Part shown: one piece after another, positions 36,953-48,485 of the stretch
Position numbering within the stretch: position 1 is the first letter of the stretch
How the letters are laid out: the number at the start of each line of letters is the position of its first letter
Origin: Mobula hypostoma
Taxonomy: Eukaryota
NCBI RefSeq assembly: GCF_963921235.1
Contig: NC_086108.1
Span: 95,790,001-95,854,000 of the forward strand
DNA: 64,000 nt
Reading direction: 5' to 3'
Translations under genes and position numbers: made by a program
Notes under the pieces: generated by a model
Databases searched by the model: none
What the model was told of the DNA's origin: nothing
What the model saw: the letters and a program-made list of their open reading frames with translations, nothing else

Positions 36953-38071
36953 GAACAGTGTTTACTAATGACTACAGCAAGGGCATCAGCCTTTGTATTT
37001 CGCTCAGCAGCTTGTTTACCAAAAAGCCTTTGGCAGAACGGTAGAAGGAGTCAATTCTGCAAGGAGTCCTCCCCGTGGAATCCATGGGCTCTCTCCAGGT
37101 CCTCGGTTTCCTCCCACAGTCCAAAGAAGTACCGGGTAGGTTAATTGTCCCATGATTAGGTTAGGGTTAATCGGGGGTTGCTGGGGCAACATGGCCTGAA
37201 GGGCCTACTCCACAATGTATCACTAAATAAATAAACAACCAGAATCCCCACCTCCACGGCCTCAGGTTGGGGGATGTTGTTTTGAAACAGAAAGTACCCA
37301 GAAATGAAATGATTATACAACAGGATATATCAAAACCTGCTTCCAACTAACGTTGTCAGAATTCTGAAAGTGCTGTTTATCAGTAAAAAGCTCGTCCAGA
37401 CAGCTGTAAACTTGATTTGCAACACCCAATGTGAATTCCCCAAAGGAAAAATAACCATTCAGAGATCCACTGATTTGAAAAATCTAAAATGCTGACTGGC
37501 CATATGGAACCGATTAATTTCACGTTTGTGTACAGCAGGACTTCATCCTCCTGCAAGAACATTTCAGGATGAAAATATAAACATAAAACAGTGTTGCTAT
37601 TGTTCTCCTTGTTTCAAAAGCCCCTTGGGTTAGATGAAAGTGTTATTGTTGAGGAAGATTACTTACATCTTCATCATATCCCCTCATAGGTTCCGTCTGC
37701 TCAGGTTTCTGTATGCAAATAATGACCTATTATAATTGGCTGCTGTGGAGCCACTGGCAGGCTGACATTTCAGGAGAGCAGATGTTTGCGGCTAATTCAG
37801 CACGAGCTGGGTCCCATTAGCTTCTGGAGAAGAATGAGAAGTTATGCTCCTTGCTTGGCCTTGCCAATTAGGAGCCACAGTTCACCCTGCAAGTTGGTAC
37901 AGGTTGAAAATTTTCCATGAGCACTGTATTTATTGTAAATCAGCATGTGTATGAAAGCAAGATGCTGAGTTCCATCATTTCCAGTGATGAGATTTTGGGT
38001 ATTTAAATACATTCTAGCAAAGTGATAATGACATATAAACACAAGAGATTCTGCAAATGCCATAAATCCAG

Positions 38072-38075
<4 letters not shown>

Positions 38076-38109
<34 letters not shown>

Positions 38110-38116
38110 ACACACA
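38076..38116 (+). repeat. (CA)n microsatellite within a Penelope pLTR fragment
   Basis: ~20 CA units running into 'aaatgctggaggaactcagc'. Confidence 0.95.
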
Positions 38117-40952
38117 AAATGCTGGAGGAACTCAGCAGCATCTATGGAAAGGAATAAAGAGTTAACATTTCAGGCCGAGAGCTTTCATTGATAATGCTTC
38201 ATCAGTAATTATCAGTGATCAGTAACTATCTATGGCAGAATTCCCAGTGTTCACAGTGTTCACCTGGGCCGGAGCCGGTATCTTTAGATCGGAAGGGGAG
38301 GAAATCTCTTTGACTCAAAAGGTAGGAAACTCTTTTCCATCTGGAAGGTAGAATTTTCCTCATTCTATTTGTGCCCTTGGAGACATGACACAAAAACAAA
38401 AGGGTGTTTTTTTTTGGAGAACTTGGCCTCAAATAACCAAATAAAGAGACCATTTCCTCTTTAGGTTTAAGGCCAGATGTGAAAATAAGCACAGCAGAAG
38501 TCCTGAGTGCTACATTTGAACATCAGGTTACAGTGCATATCTTAGCTCTCTTGGAGAACAGTGTGTCTTTTGTTCGTCTTTTTTTTGCAGGCAAAATGCA
38601 TATGTTAATTATTATTTGTTATCTATTTAATAATAATCATTATTACTAATATTCTGTATTTGCACACTTTATCTTCTTTTATTGTCTGAGGAATAAAAAA
38701 GGTGTGAACACATTAATGGGATTATATTATAGACCACCTGACAGTCAACAGAATTTAGTGGACTAAATTTGTAGAGAGATTGTAGACTGTTGCAAGAAAC
38801 ATATGGTTTGTATAGTAATACACATAAAATACACTCCGTCTGCTAATGTTTCTCAGCCCAAAACATCGACTGCACGTTTTTCCATAGATGCTGCCTAGCC
38901 TGCTGAGTTCCTCCAGCATTTTTTGTGCATTACTTTGATTTCCAGCATCTTCAGATTTTCTCTTGGTTGTGATAGCAGGTGATTTTAACTTTCCACATAT
39001 TGACTGGGACTCCCATAGTGTAGAAGGACTGGATGGGAAAGAGTTTGTCAAATGTGTTCAGGGAAGTTTCCTTAATCAGTGTGTAGAAGTCCAACTAGAG
39101 AGAGTGTGATACTCGAGACAGGGACAGGGGAGGTAACAGAAGTTTGTGTAGGGGAAAACTTTACATCTAGTGATCATAATGCCATTAGTTTCAATCTGAT
39201 TATGGAAAAGGATAGGTCTGGTCCTTGGATTGAGATTCTAAATTGCAGAATGGCTACTTATGACGTATCAGAAAGAATCTGGAATGTGTGGATTGGGACA
39301 GGTTGTTTTCTGGCAAAGGAGTACTTGGTCAATGGGAGGCATTGAAATGTGAAATTTTGAGAGAACAGAGTTTGTATGTTCCTGTCGGAATAAAAGACAA
39401 GGGTAACAGATTTATGGAACTTTGGTTTTCAAGAGATATTGAGGCCCTGAAGGTGCATAGCAGGTACAGGCAGACAGGAACAAATGAGGTACTTGTGGAG
39501 TCTAAGAAACGCAAGAGAACACATAAGATGGAGATCAGGTGGGCTAAAAGATGACATAAGGTTGCTCTAGCAGACAAACTGAAGGAGAATCCTAAGAGCT
39601 TCTACAGATGAATTAAGGGCAAAAGCATAAACAAAATTGGTCCTCTGGAAGATCAGAGAGGTAATCTATTCATGCAGCCAAAAGAGATGGGGGGAGGGAG
39701 AAATCTTACATGGAGCTACACACGCAAAATGCTGGAGGAACTCAGCAGGCCAGGCAGCATCCACAGTCGCCGTTTCGGGCCGAAACCCTTCGGCAAGACT
39801 GTATGGATCTTAAATGGATATTTTTTGCATCTGTATTTACTTGGTGGATGGACACAGAGTCCATAGAAGTGAGGCAAAGCAGGAGTGACGTCATGGACCA
39901 TATACAGATTACAGAGGAGAATGTGCTTGCTGCTTTGAGGAAAATTAGCATGGATAAAAATGAATCTATGATTCTATCAATCTCCAGGGCTTGACAATGT
40001 GTTCCCTTGGATCCTGTGGGAAGCTAGCGCAAGGGCCCAAGCAGAAATATTTAAAACATCATTGGCCATGGGTGAGATGCCGGAGGATTGGAGGATAGAT
40101 AATATTGTTCCATTGTTTTAGAAAGGCTCAAAGGATAAGCCAGGAAATTATAGGCCAGTGAGCCTGACATCGGAAGTGAGAAAGTTATTGGAAGGTATTC
40201 TAAAGGACTAGATATATAAGTATTTGGATAGACAAGGACTGATTAGGGGTAGTCAACATGGCTCTGCATGTGGTAGCTCATGTCTAACCAATCTTATGGA
40301 TTTTTTTGAGGAAGTTACTAGGGAAGTTGACGAAGGCAAGGTAGTGGATGTTGTCTACATGGACTTTAGCAAGGCCTTTGACGAGGTCCTGCATGGGATG
40401 TTAGTCAAAGTTCAGTTGCTTGGCATTCAAGATGAGGTAGTAAATGGGATTAGACATTGGCTTCATGGAAGAAGCCAGAGAGTGGTTGTAGATGGTTGCC
40501 TCTCTGACTGGAGGCCTGTGACTAGTGATGTGCCGCAGGGATTGGTGCTGGGTCCATTGTTTTTTGTCATCTGTATCAATTATCTGGATGATAATGTGGT
40601 AAACTGGATCAGCAAATTTGTGGATGACACCAAGACTAGTGGTGTAGTCGTCAGTGAGGAAGATTATTGTAGCTTTCAGCGGGATCTGGACCAACTGAAG
40701 AAATGGGCTGAAAAATGGCAGATGGAATTCAATACAAACAAGTGTGAGGTGTTGCACTTTGGAAAGACCGACCAAGGTAGGTCTTATGTGGTGAGTGGTA
40801 GGGTACTGAGGAGTGTGGTAGAACAGAATACAGGTCCATAATTCTTTGAAAATGGCATCACAAGGCTGTAAAGAAAGATTTTGGCACATTGGCCTTCATA
40901 AATCAATCGAGTACAGGATTTGGAATGTTATGTTGAAATTGTATAAAACAAT

Positions 40953-42973
40953 TATATAAATGGCAGATGAAGTTCAACCCAGATAAGTATGGGATGGTTC
41001 ATTTTCGTAGGTCAAATATAATGTCAGAATATAGCAGGGGTCCCCAACCTTTTTTGCATTGTGGACCGGTTTATTATTGACAATATTCTTGCGGACTGGC
41101 CGACCCGGGGGGGGGGGGTTGCCAAAGGACAAGAGTAGCAGTCAAATATGTTGTGTTTACCCAAAAAAGACTACAATAACCATGAAGCCTTGCGCGGGCA
41201 CCAGTGCGCATGTGTGTACGTTCCGATTTTTTCCTTCTGCGAGTCCTTTTTGGCGATTCTGTTCGGTGGGGGATGTTAATCATGACTGGATATAGGTGAT
41301 AAGTGGCTAATACACTCAATTTCGTTTCTAAAAGGGTTTATCTAACAAATTTAATATTAAACACACAGCGCATATTTTCCTCGCATGAATATAGTGATAA
41401 GTCAATTATCAGGAGAGCTTGAAGTAAGTGTTGAACCAACTTCCAGTAGAAGTGGCAGGGGCAGGTTCAATATTATCATTTAAAGAAAAATTTGGATAGG
41501 TATATGGACAGGAAAGTAATGGAGGGTTATGGGCTGAGTGCAAGTCGGCGGGACTAGGTGAGAGTAGCGTTTGGCACGGACTAGAAGGGCCGCGATTGCC
41601 TGTTTCCGTGCTGTAATTGTTATATGGTTATATAAGTAAGCCAATAGCATCATAATATTTTAAGTAACGTTTGGATATTAAACACACAGCGCATATTTTC
41701 CTCATATGAACATATAAAATCATTGCAACACACCAATATCGCTGAATCAGTGGAAGCACTGGGCTTGTTTCCCTGCAACAAGACGGTCCCATCGAGGGGT
41801 GATGGGAGACAGCGATACTCGAAGGGGGTTCCTTATGTCCAGTCTATTCCACAATTTAGTTTTCATTGCATTCATTGCAGAAAACTCCGCTTTGCTGAAA
41901 AATGTTGGAAATGGAAGCAACGTTTTCAGTGCTTTCGTGGCTGTCTCAGGATATTCAGCCTTGACTTTGATCCGGAATGCCGGCAGAGGTGTTATGTCAA
42001 ACATACTTTTCAGGCCGCCGTCATTTGCAAGCTCGAAGAGTTGATCTCCTTCCCGCGCTGTCATGGATGACGTGCGAGTAATGACCTCCCGCCCGTTCAA
42101 GCTCAACAGTGCGTGAGAGGGAATGAGGAAAGGTGCAGCTGACTCATATCGCCAAATCATATCATTCCCTCGCGGCCCGGTAACACATGCTTTGCGGCCC
42201 AGTACTGGTCCGCGGCCTGGTGGTTGGGGAGCACTGGAATATAGTATTAATGGTAAGACTCTTGGCAGTGTGGAGGATCAGAGGGATCTTGGGATCCAAG
42301 TCCGTAGGATACGCAAAGCTGCTGCGCAGGTTGGCCCTGTGGTTAAGAAAACATATGGTGCATTGGCCTTCATCAATCGTAGGATTGAGTTTAGGAGCCG
42401 AGAGGTAATGTTGCAGCTGTATAGGATCTGGTCAGACCCCACTTGGAGTACTGTGCACAGTTCTGGTCGCCTCGCTACAGGAAGGATGTGGAAACCATAG
42501 AAAGGGTGCAGAGAAGGTTTACAAGGATGTTGCCTGGATTGGGGAGCATGCCTTATGAGAATAGGTTGAGTGAACTTGGCCTTTTTTCCCTGGAGCGACA
42601 GAAGATGAGAAGTGACCTGATGGAGGTGTATAAGATGACGAGAGGCATTGATCATGTGGATAGTCAGAGGCTTTTTCTCAGGGCTGAAATGGCTAGCACG
42701 GGAGGGCACAGTTTTAAAGTGCTTGAAAGTAGGTGCAGAGGAGATGTCAGGGGCAAGTTTTTAATGCAGAGTGGTGAGTGCGTGGAATGGGCTGCCGGCA
42801 GCGGTGGTGGAGGCGGATATGATAGGGTCTTTTCATGACTCCTGGACAGGTACATGGAGCTCAGAAAAATAGAGGGCTATGGGTAACCCTAGGTAATTTC
42901 TTAGGTAAGGACATGTTCAGCACAGCTTTGTGGGCCGAAGGGCCTGTATTGTGCTGTAGGTTTTCTATGTTTC
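40953..42973 (+). mobile_element. Younger CR1 3' copy inserted in the older CR1
   Basis: TSD TAAAACAAT (40944-40952, 42974-42982); EYCAQFWSPRYRKDVETIERVQRRFTRMLPGL. Confidence 0.85.
41035..42236 (-). mobile_element. Non-autonomous hAT (Buster/Charlie-like) DNA transposon, copy 2
   Basis: TIRs CAGGGGTCCCCAACC / GGTTGGGGAGCACTG; perfect TSD GAATATAG (41027-41034, 42237-42244); transposase C-terminal remnant (ORF 41747..42160); carries CR1 3' fragment at ~41411-41632. Confidence 0.93.
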
Positions 42974-45179
42974 TAAAACAATGGTGAAGCCTAATTTATG
43001 TGCAGTTTTTGTCACCTATCAAGAGGAAAGATGTAAATAATGTTGAAGAATGCAGAGAAAATTTACAATGATGTTGCCAGGACTGGAGGACCTGAGTTAT
43101 AAGGAAAAATTGACTAGTTTAGGATTTTATTCCTCTAGAATGTAGAAGACTGATGGGAGATTTGATAGATGTAGACAAAATTATGAGCAGTATAGATAGG
43201 GTAAACACAAGCAGGCTTTTTCCACTGAGGTTGGGTGAGACTAGAACTAGAAGTCCTGGATTAAGTTTGAAAGGTGAAACATTTAAGGAGAACCTGAGGA
43301 GAAATTTCTTCACTCAGAGGGTGGTGAGAGTGTGGAATGAGCTGCCAGTGCAAGTGGTGCATGCGAAGTCGATTTCAACTTTAAGAAAATTTGGATAGGT
43401 ACATGGATGAGAGGGGTATGGAGGACTATGATCCGGGTGCAGTTTGATAAGACTAGATAGACTAATGGTTTGGCACAGACTAGATGGGCCAAATGGTCTG
43501 TTTCTGTGTTGTAGTATTCTATGACTCTTTACATTGGTTCATTGTCAGTCTTTGTGTGTAGTTTTTCATTGATCCTATTGTATTTCTTTGATCTACTGCA
43601 AATGCCTGCAAGAAAATGAATCTCAGAGTAGTATTTAGCAACATATTGGCACTTTTTAAAATAAACTTAAGTTGAACTTTGAACTTTGTTTGCCTGTAAG
43701 ACTAACAGGCCTGACACAAATCATTTCAGCTCTTTCATTTAAGTATTGATACCAATAAGAAGTCGTAATCAGTATCACCACTCTGCAGTGAATATATTAA
43801 ATAAAAACGTTTTCTTTTATCACCGATTATCAGCCAGTAAAGAACAAACTTAAGAAATAGTTTAATACAAATTGGGGCAAACTTTAATATTAATCAGAGG
43901 AACCTTCCACATGTCTCCAGAGCTTCTCATTTAACCCACATTCGCCTCCTTAAAATAGGTACAACCGGGACCTTGAAGTGCTGGTGGAGTCTCAAGTGCA
44001 CTAGGCCGAAGGCACTCTGTGAAATCTCATCTGTGCAAGAGCTGACTAGGCTTTCCAAAATTTACCTTTTAATTTAAACTCTGAAGCCAAAAATATTCAA
44101 GGACACGTGCACTACTTGTGCAATCAGGAACGGAGGGAGAAACTGGGTGACAGCTTCTTCTCCCAGGCTGTAAGACTTCTGAACTCCCTGCTGCCACCCA
44201 GTACACATTATTTATGACAGTGCCAGCACCATTATACTGTTGTATATTTAACCATATGTCATATATGCACTTTGTGTCAACTTGTACGTCTACATCTCAG
44301 TCTCTGCCACAGCTCCAGGTCTCACCTCTCTGTGTCACCTTTTCCACCTATCACCTCCCAGCTTCATACTTCATTGCCCTTTCCCACGCACCCGGCTTCA
44401 CCGACCATCTACTAGCTGGTACTCCTTCCTCTCCCCACCCTCCACCCCACTTCTTATTCCAGCTTCTCCCCCCTTTCTTTCCAGTCCTGATGAAGGGTAT
44501 CAGCTCAAAATATCGACTGTTCATTCATTTCCGGAGGTGCTGGCTGAAATGCTAACTCCCTCCAGCATATTCTGCGTGTTGCTCTGGATTTCCAGCATCT
44601 GCAGAATCGCTTGTGTTTATCTACAGAATATATCTTACCTCTTAATATTATTTTATGTGCTGTGATTTGTATCTTTGTCCCAGAGGAACGTTGTTTCATT
44701 TAGCTGTATACATCTGTACAGTTGAGTGACAATAAACTTGAATTGGAAATACTCATAGAACTAGAGCATTGTATGCACAGCTTTCCCATTTGTGAAAATC
44801 ATTGGTTAACCCTGTTCCTGCTTTACCTTTTAAGTAAATAGGGAGGAAGGATTCATTGTTTTCTGGTCTCAGAGAGCACAGACTTTAACTAATAAGCTGT
44901 TCTGGGTGGGAGAAGCTCAGACTGAAATCTAGAAGCCCCTGTTTTGATCTCAGGTTTCAATTTCACACTGTCCGTAAGTAAAATTTCTGTACGTTTTAAT
45001 GCTGCAAGTTTGTGCACAATGTGATGATGGAGTATTTGAGAGAAAGTGATTCCGATGTTAAGAAGGTTGGTGAAACAGAATATAGGGGGAGGGGTAAGTC
45101 GTTTTCAGACCTTCAAGCGGGCCTTAGCATCCAATACAATCATGACTGAACTTCTGTCTTAATAGACACGAGAGATTCT

Positions 45180-45470
45180 TGGGCACAGTAGCGTAGCAAT
45201 TCGCATGATGCTGTTACAGCTCGGGGTGTCAGAGCTCAGAGTTCGATCCTGGCGTCCCCTGTAAGGAGTTTGTTCCTCCCTGTGGAATGTGTGTGTTTCC
45301 TCCGGGTGCTCCAGTTTCCTCCCACAGTCCAAAGGTGTACTGGTTAGTTGATTAATTGCTCATTGTAAATTGTCCCGTGACTAGACAAGGGTTAAATCGG
45401 GGGTTGCTAGTGGTGTGGCTCAAAGGGCCAGAAGGGCCTATTCCGTGCTGTATCTCTAAATAAATAAATG
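45180..45470 (+). mobile_element. tRNA-derived V-SINE with CR1-type tail
   Basis: B box GAGTTCGATCC, V-domain 'tttcctccgggtgctccagtttcctcccacagtccaaag', tail 'gaagggcctattccgtgctgtatctc(taaa)n'; related copy ~36975-37235. Confidence 0.82.
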
Positions 45471-45659
45471 GATTCTACAGATACTGGAAATCCAGAGTAA
45501 CACACCCAAAATGCTCACACACTCAGCAGGTGAGGCAGCATCTACGGAGGGGAATAAAGAGCCGATGTTTCAGGCCGAGACCCTTCATCAGGACTGGAAA
45601 AGATGAGTGAAGGAGCCAGAACAAGAAGCTGAGGGGAGGGAAAGGAGTATAAGCTAGAA

Positions 45660-46870
45660 GGATTTCTTTTTAAGGATTTGATTTCATTTCTTACCAACAG
45701 AGCCATATCATCTCCTCTGACTACCTGCCTGCACTTTCAATACAATGTGTACCCTTGGATATTACGCTTTCAACTATGATCTTCTTTCAGCCACGAGTCA
45801 GTGATGTCCACCACTGCAAATCTCTAACTGCACTACATGATCATCTACCTTATTCCACATACTGCGTGCATTCAAATATACCACCCTCAGACCTGTATTC
45901 GTCACCCTTTTCAATTTTGCTCCCATGTTGAACTGCAGCTCATCCCACTGACTGGAAATTAGCCCTATCATCTGCCTGACCTTCCTCGCGGTTTTGCTAT
46001 ACACTGCTTCAACTTGTATACCAGCTGCCCCATCCTCAATCTTATCACTCCTGTTCCCATCCCCCTGCTAAATTAGTTTAAACCCTCCCCGACAGCTCTA
46101 GGAAACCTGCCCACAAGGATATTGGACCCTTCAGGTTCTGGTGTAATATGTCCTTTTGTACAGGTCATATCTTCCCCAGAAGAGATCCCAATGATCCAGA
46201 AATTTGAAACCTTGCCCTTTGCACCATATGCTCAGCCACTCATTCATCTGTATTGTCATCCCATGCCTGCCCTGACCAGCACGAGGTACTGGGAGTAATC
46301 CAGAGATTACTATCTTGGAGGTCCTGCTCTTTAGCCTCATCAATAACTCCCTATACCACTGCACAGGACCTCTTCCCCCTTTCTGCCGATGTCATCGGTG
46401 CCAACGTGCACCACGACCTCTGGCTGCTCACCCTCCCTCTTGAGAATCTTCTTCAGCTGCTCTGGGACATCCTGGACCCTAGCACCTCAGAGCAATGCAC
46501 CATCCTGGCATCTTTTTTGTGGCTACAGAATCTCTTGTCCGTCCCCCTACCTATCGAGTCTCCTGTCACTATCATTTTGTTTGACTTTACCCTTCCCTAC
46601 CGAGCCTCAGATCCGGCCACTGTGCTACTGGCACGGCTGCTGCTGGTAAGACGTCCCCACCTCCCTGCCCCCAGCAATATTTAAAGGAGTATACTTGTTG
46701 CTGAGGGTAATGGCGACAGGGCAATGACTCTGCACTGATAGCTTACTCCCTTTACTTCACTTGGTCTCACCTATGATGTTTTCAGCCTCCGGGGTACATC
46801 CAGTTCCTCGACCCTGCCAGCCAGGAGCTGCAGTCATTGTCATCAGGGAAACTGTCAGGTACCCTGAAAC
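45660..46870 (-). mobile_element. CR1 LINE 5' portion (esterase-like ORF1 and start of ORF2)
   Basis: IVISGLLPVPRA..FKFLDHWDLFWGRYDLY (ORF1) and VVYLNARSMWNKVDD (APE start). Confidence 0.82.
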
Positions 46871-47629
46871 AGGATGGGCATTCCAGTGCCTGAACTAGAA
46901 CCCTGCCTACACTTATACCCCAAGCTCAAGTTCTCGCCCAAGCCTGTTGAGCCAAAGCCTGATCCCTCTAACACTGGTTCACTCCCACAATGGCCACTCT
47001 GCTTACACCTCGTTTCTTTTCATTGACCTTTGCGAAATTACTAATATCCCAAGCAATCTCCTGTTCCACAGGCAAGTACTGATAGGTCCCATTCACTTTT
47101 TAAACCTGGCATGTAGTGTCCTCAAGGAACTTTAGCCAACTCGTTCCATGATCTTCTGCTCTGCAGACGAGACCTGATGGGGCCTGGTCACTGCTGGTGT
47201 GCAAAATCCACAAAGAACTGTCTCAAACACACTCTGCAACATCCCGCTCCGCAGGCTTCTCCCTTCCTTTCCAGTCCTGATGAAGGATCTCGGCTCAAAA
47301 CATTGTCTGTTTATTCCTCACCATAGATGCTACCCGGCCTGCTGTGGCTGCTGCTCTGGATTTCGAGCATCTGCAGAATCTCTTGCTGTTATCAATACCT
47401 GTCTGAAGTAATTTCGTAAGTAAGTTCTGAAATTATCTTGGTGACGGAACGCAGAGAGTGATGATTAGGGATAGTTTTTGCAGTTGGATGCTGTGACTAG
47501 TTATACACTACATGCCTTGACGTTGGGAGACTTGCATTAATTATACATTAATGATCTGGATGTGAGTGTATGAGATATGATTAATAGGTTGATAGATGTC
47601 ACAACAATCATTGATGCTGTTAATTTTTT

Positions 47630-47927
47630 TTTAGGCATCCGTTAGTCTCGTGAGACCATGGATTTGTGCCTTGGAAGGTTTCCAGGGCGCAGGCCTGGGC
47701 AAGGTTGTATGCAAGACTGGCAGTTGCCCATGCTGCAAGTCTCCCCTCTCCACGCCACCAATATTGTCCAAGGGAAGGGCATTAGGACCCATACAGCTTG
47801 GCACCAGTGTCGTCGCAGAGCAATGTGTGGTTAAGTGCCTTGCTCAAGGACACAACACGTTGCCTCAGCTGGAACTAGCAACCTTCAGATCTCTAGACCG
47901 ACGCCTTAACCACTTGGCCATGCACCA
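47630..47927 (-). mobile_element. tRNA-derived CORE-like SINE
   Basis: Same head as 13050-13297, different 3' half, short poly(A) end. Confidence 0.75.
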
Positions 47928-48164
47928 ATATAGTTAATTTAGGAGAGTACTTTTTGACTACTGGAAATTCTGATAGACAGAAGGACCTTGGTGAGTATGT
48001 TCAAGGATTCCTGAAGGCAGCAACATCAGTAGATGAGATAGTTTGGAAAGCTATGGTATCTTACCTTTATTAGGTGGGGGTGGAATGTGAGAGCAGGAAG
48101 GTAATGGTACAACTATACATGGATGGGTCGCAGCTGGAGTACTGTGGAGGGAAGTCTGCCACCG

Positions 48165-48485
48165 GATGCTGCAGCACAATAGCATAGCGATTAGCACCAC
48201 ACCTTACAGTGCCAACTGTAAGATCCGGGTTCAATTCCTGCCGCTGTCTGTAAGGAGTTTGAACGTTCTCCCCGTGGCCGCGAGGAGTTCCTCCAGTTCC
48301 CTCCCACTTTCCAAAGACGTATGGGTCAGGGTTAATAGTTTGTGGGCATACTGTGTTGGTACTAGAACTGTGTGACATGCTGTGGACTGTCCCCAGCACA
48401 TCCTTGGGCTGTGTTGGCTGTTGACGCAAACAACGGATTTCACTGTAGGTTTTGATGGACACGTGACAGATAAAGCAAATCTTTT
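48165..48485 (+). mobile_element. tRNA-derived V-SINE with Rex1-type tail
   Basis: B box GGGTTCAATTCC, V-domain, tail 'gatggacacgtgacagataaagcaaatctt'; inserted in a decayed CR1. Confidence 0.78.

Larger units (their letters stand above)
38690..43530 (+). mobile_element. Decayed CR1 LINE ORF2 with multiple nested insertions
   Basis: APE remnants (GDFNFP, SDHNAI), RT ORF 40224..40841 (VYMDFSKAFD, VPQGLVLGP, KFVDD), 3' end ~43530; Penelope pieces at ~38820-38965 and ~39715-39801. Confidence 0.88.
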
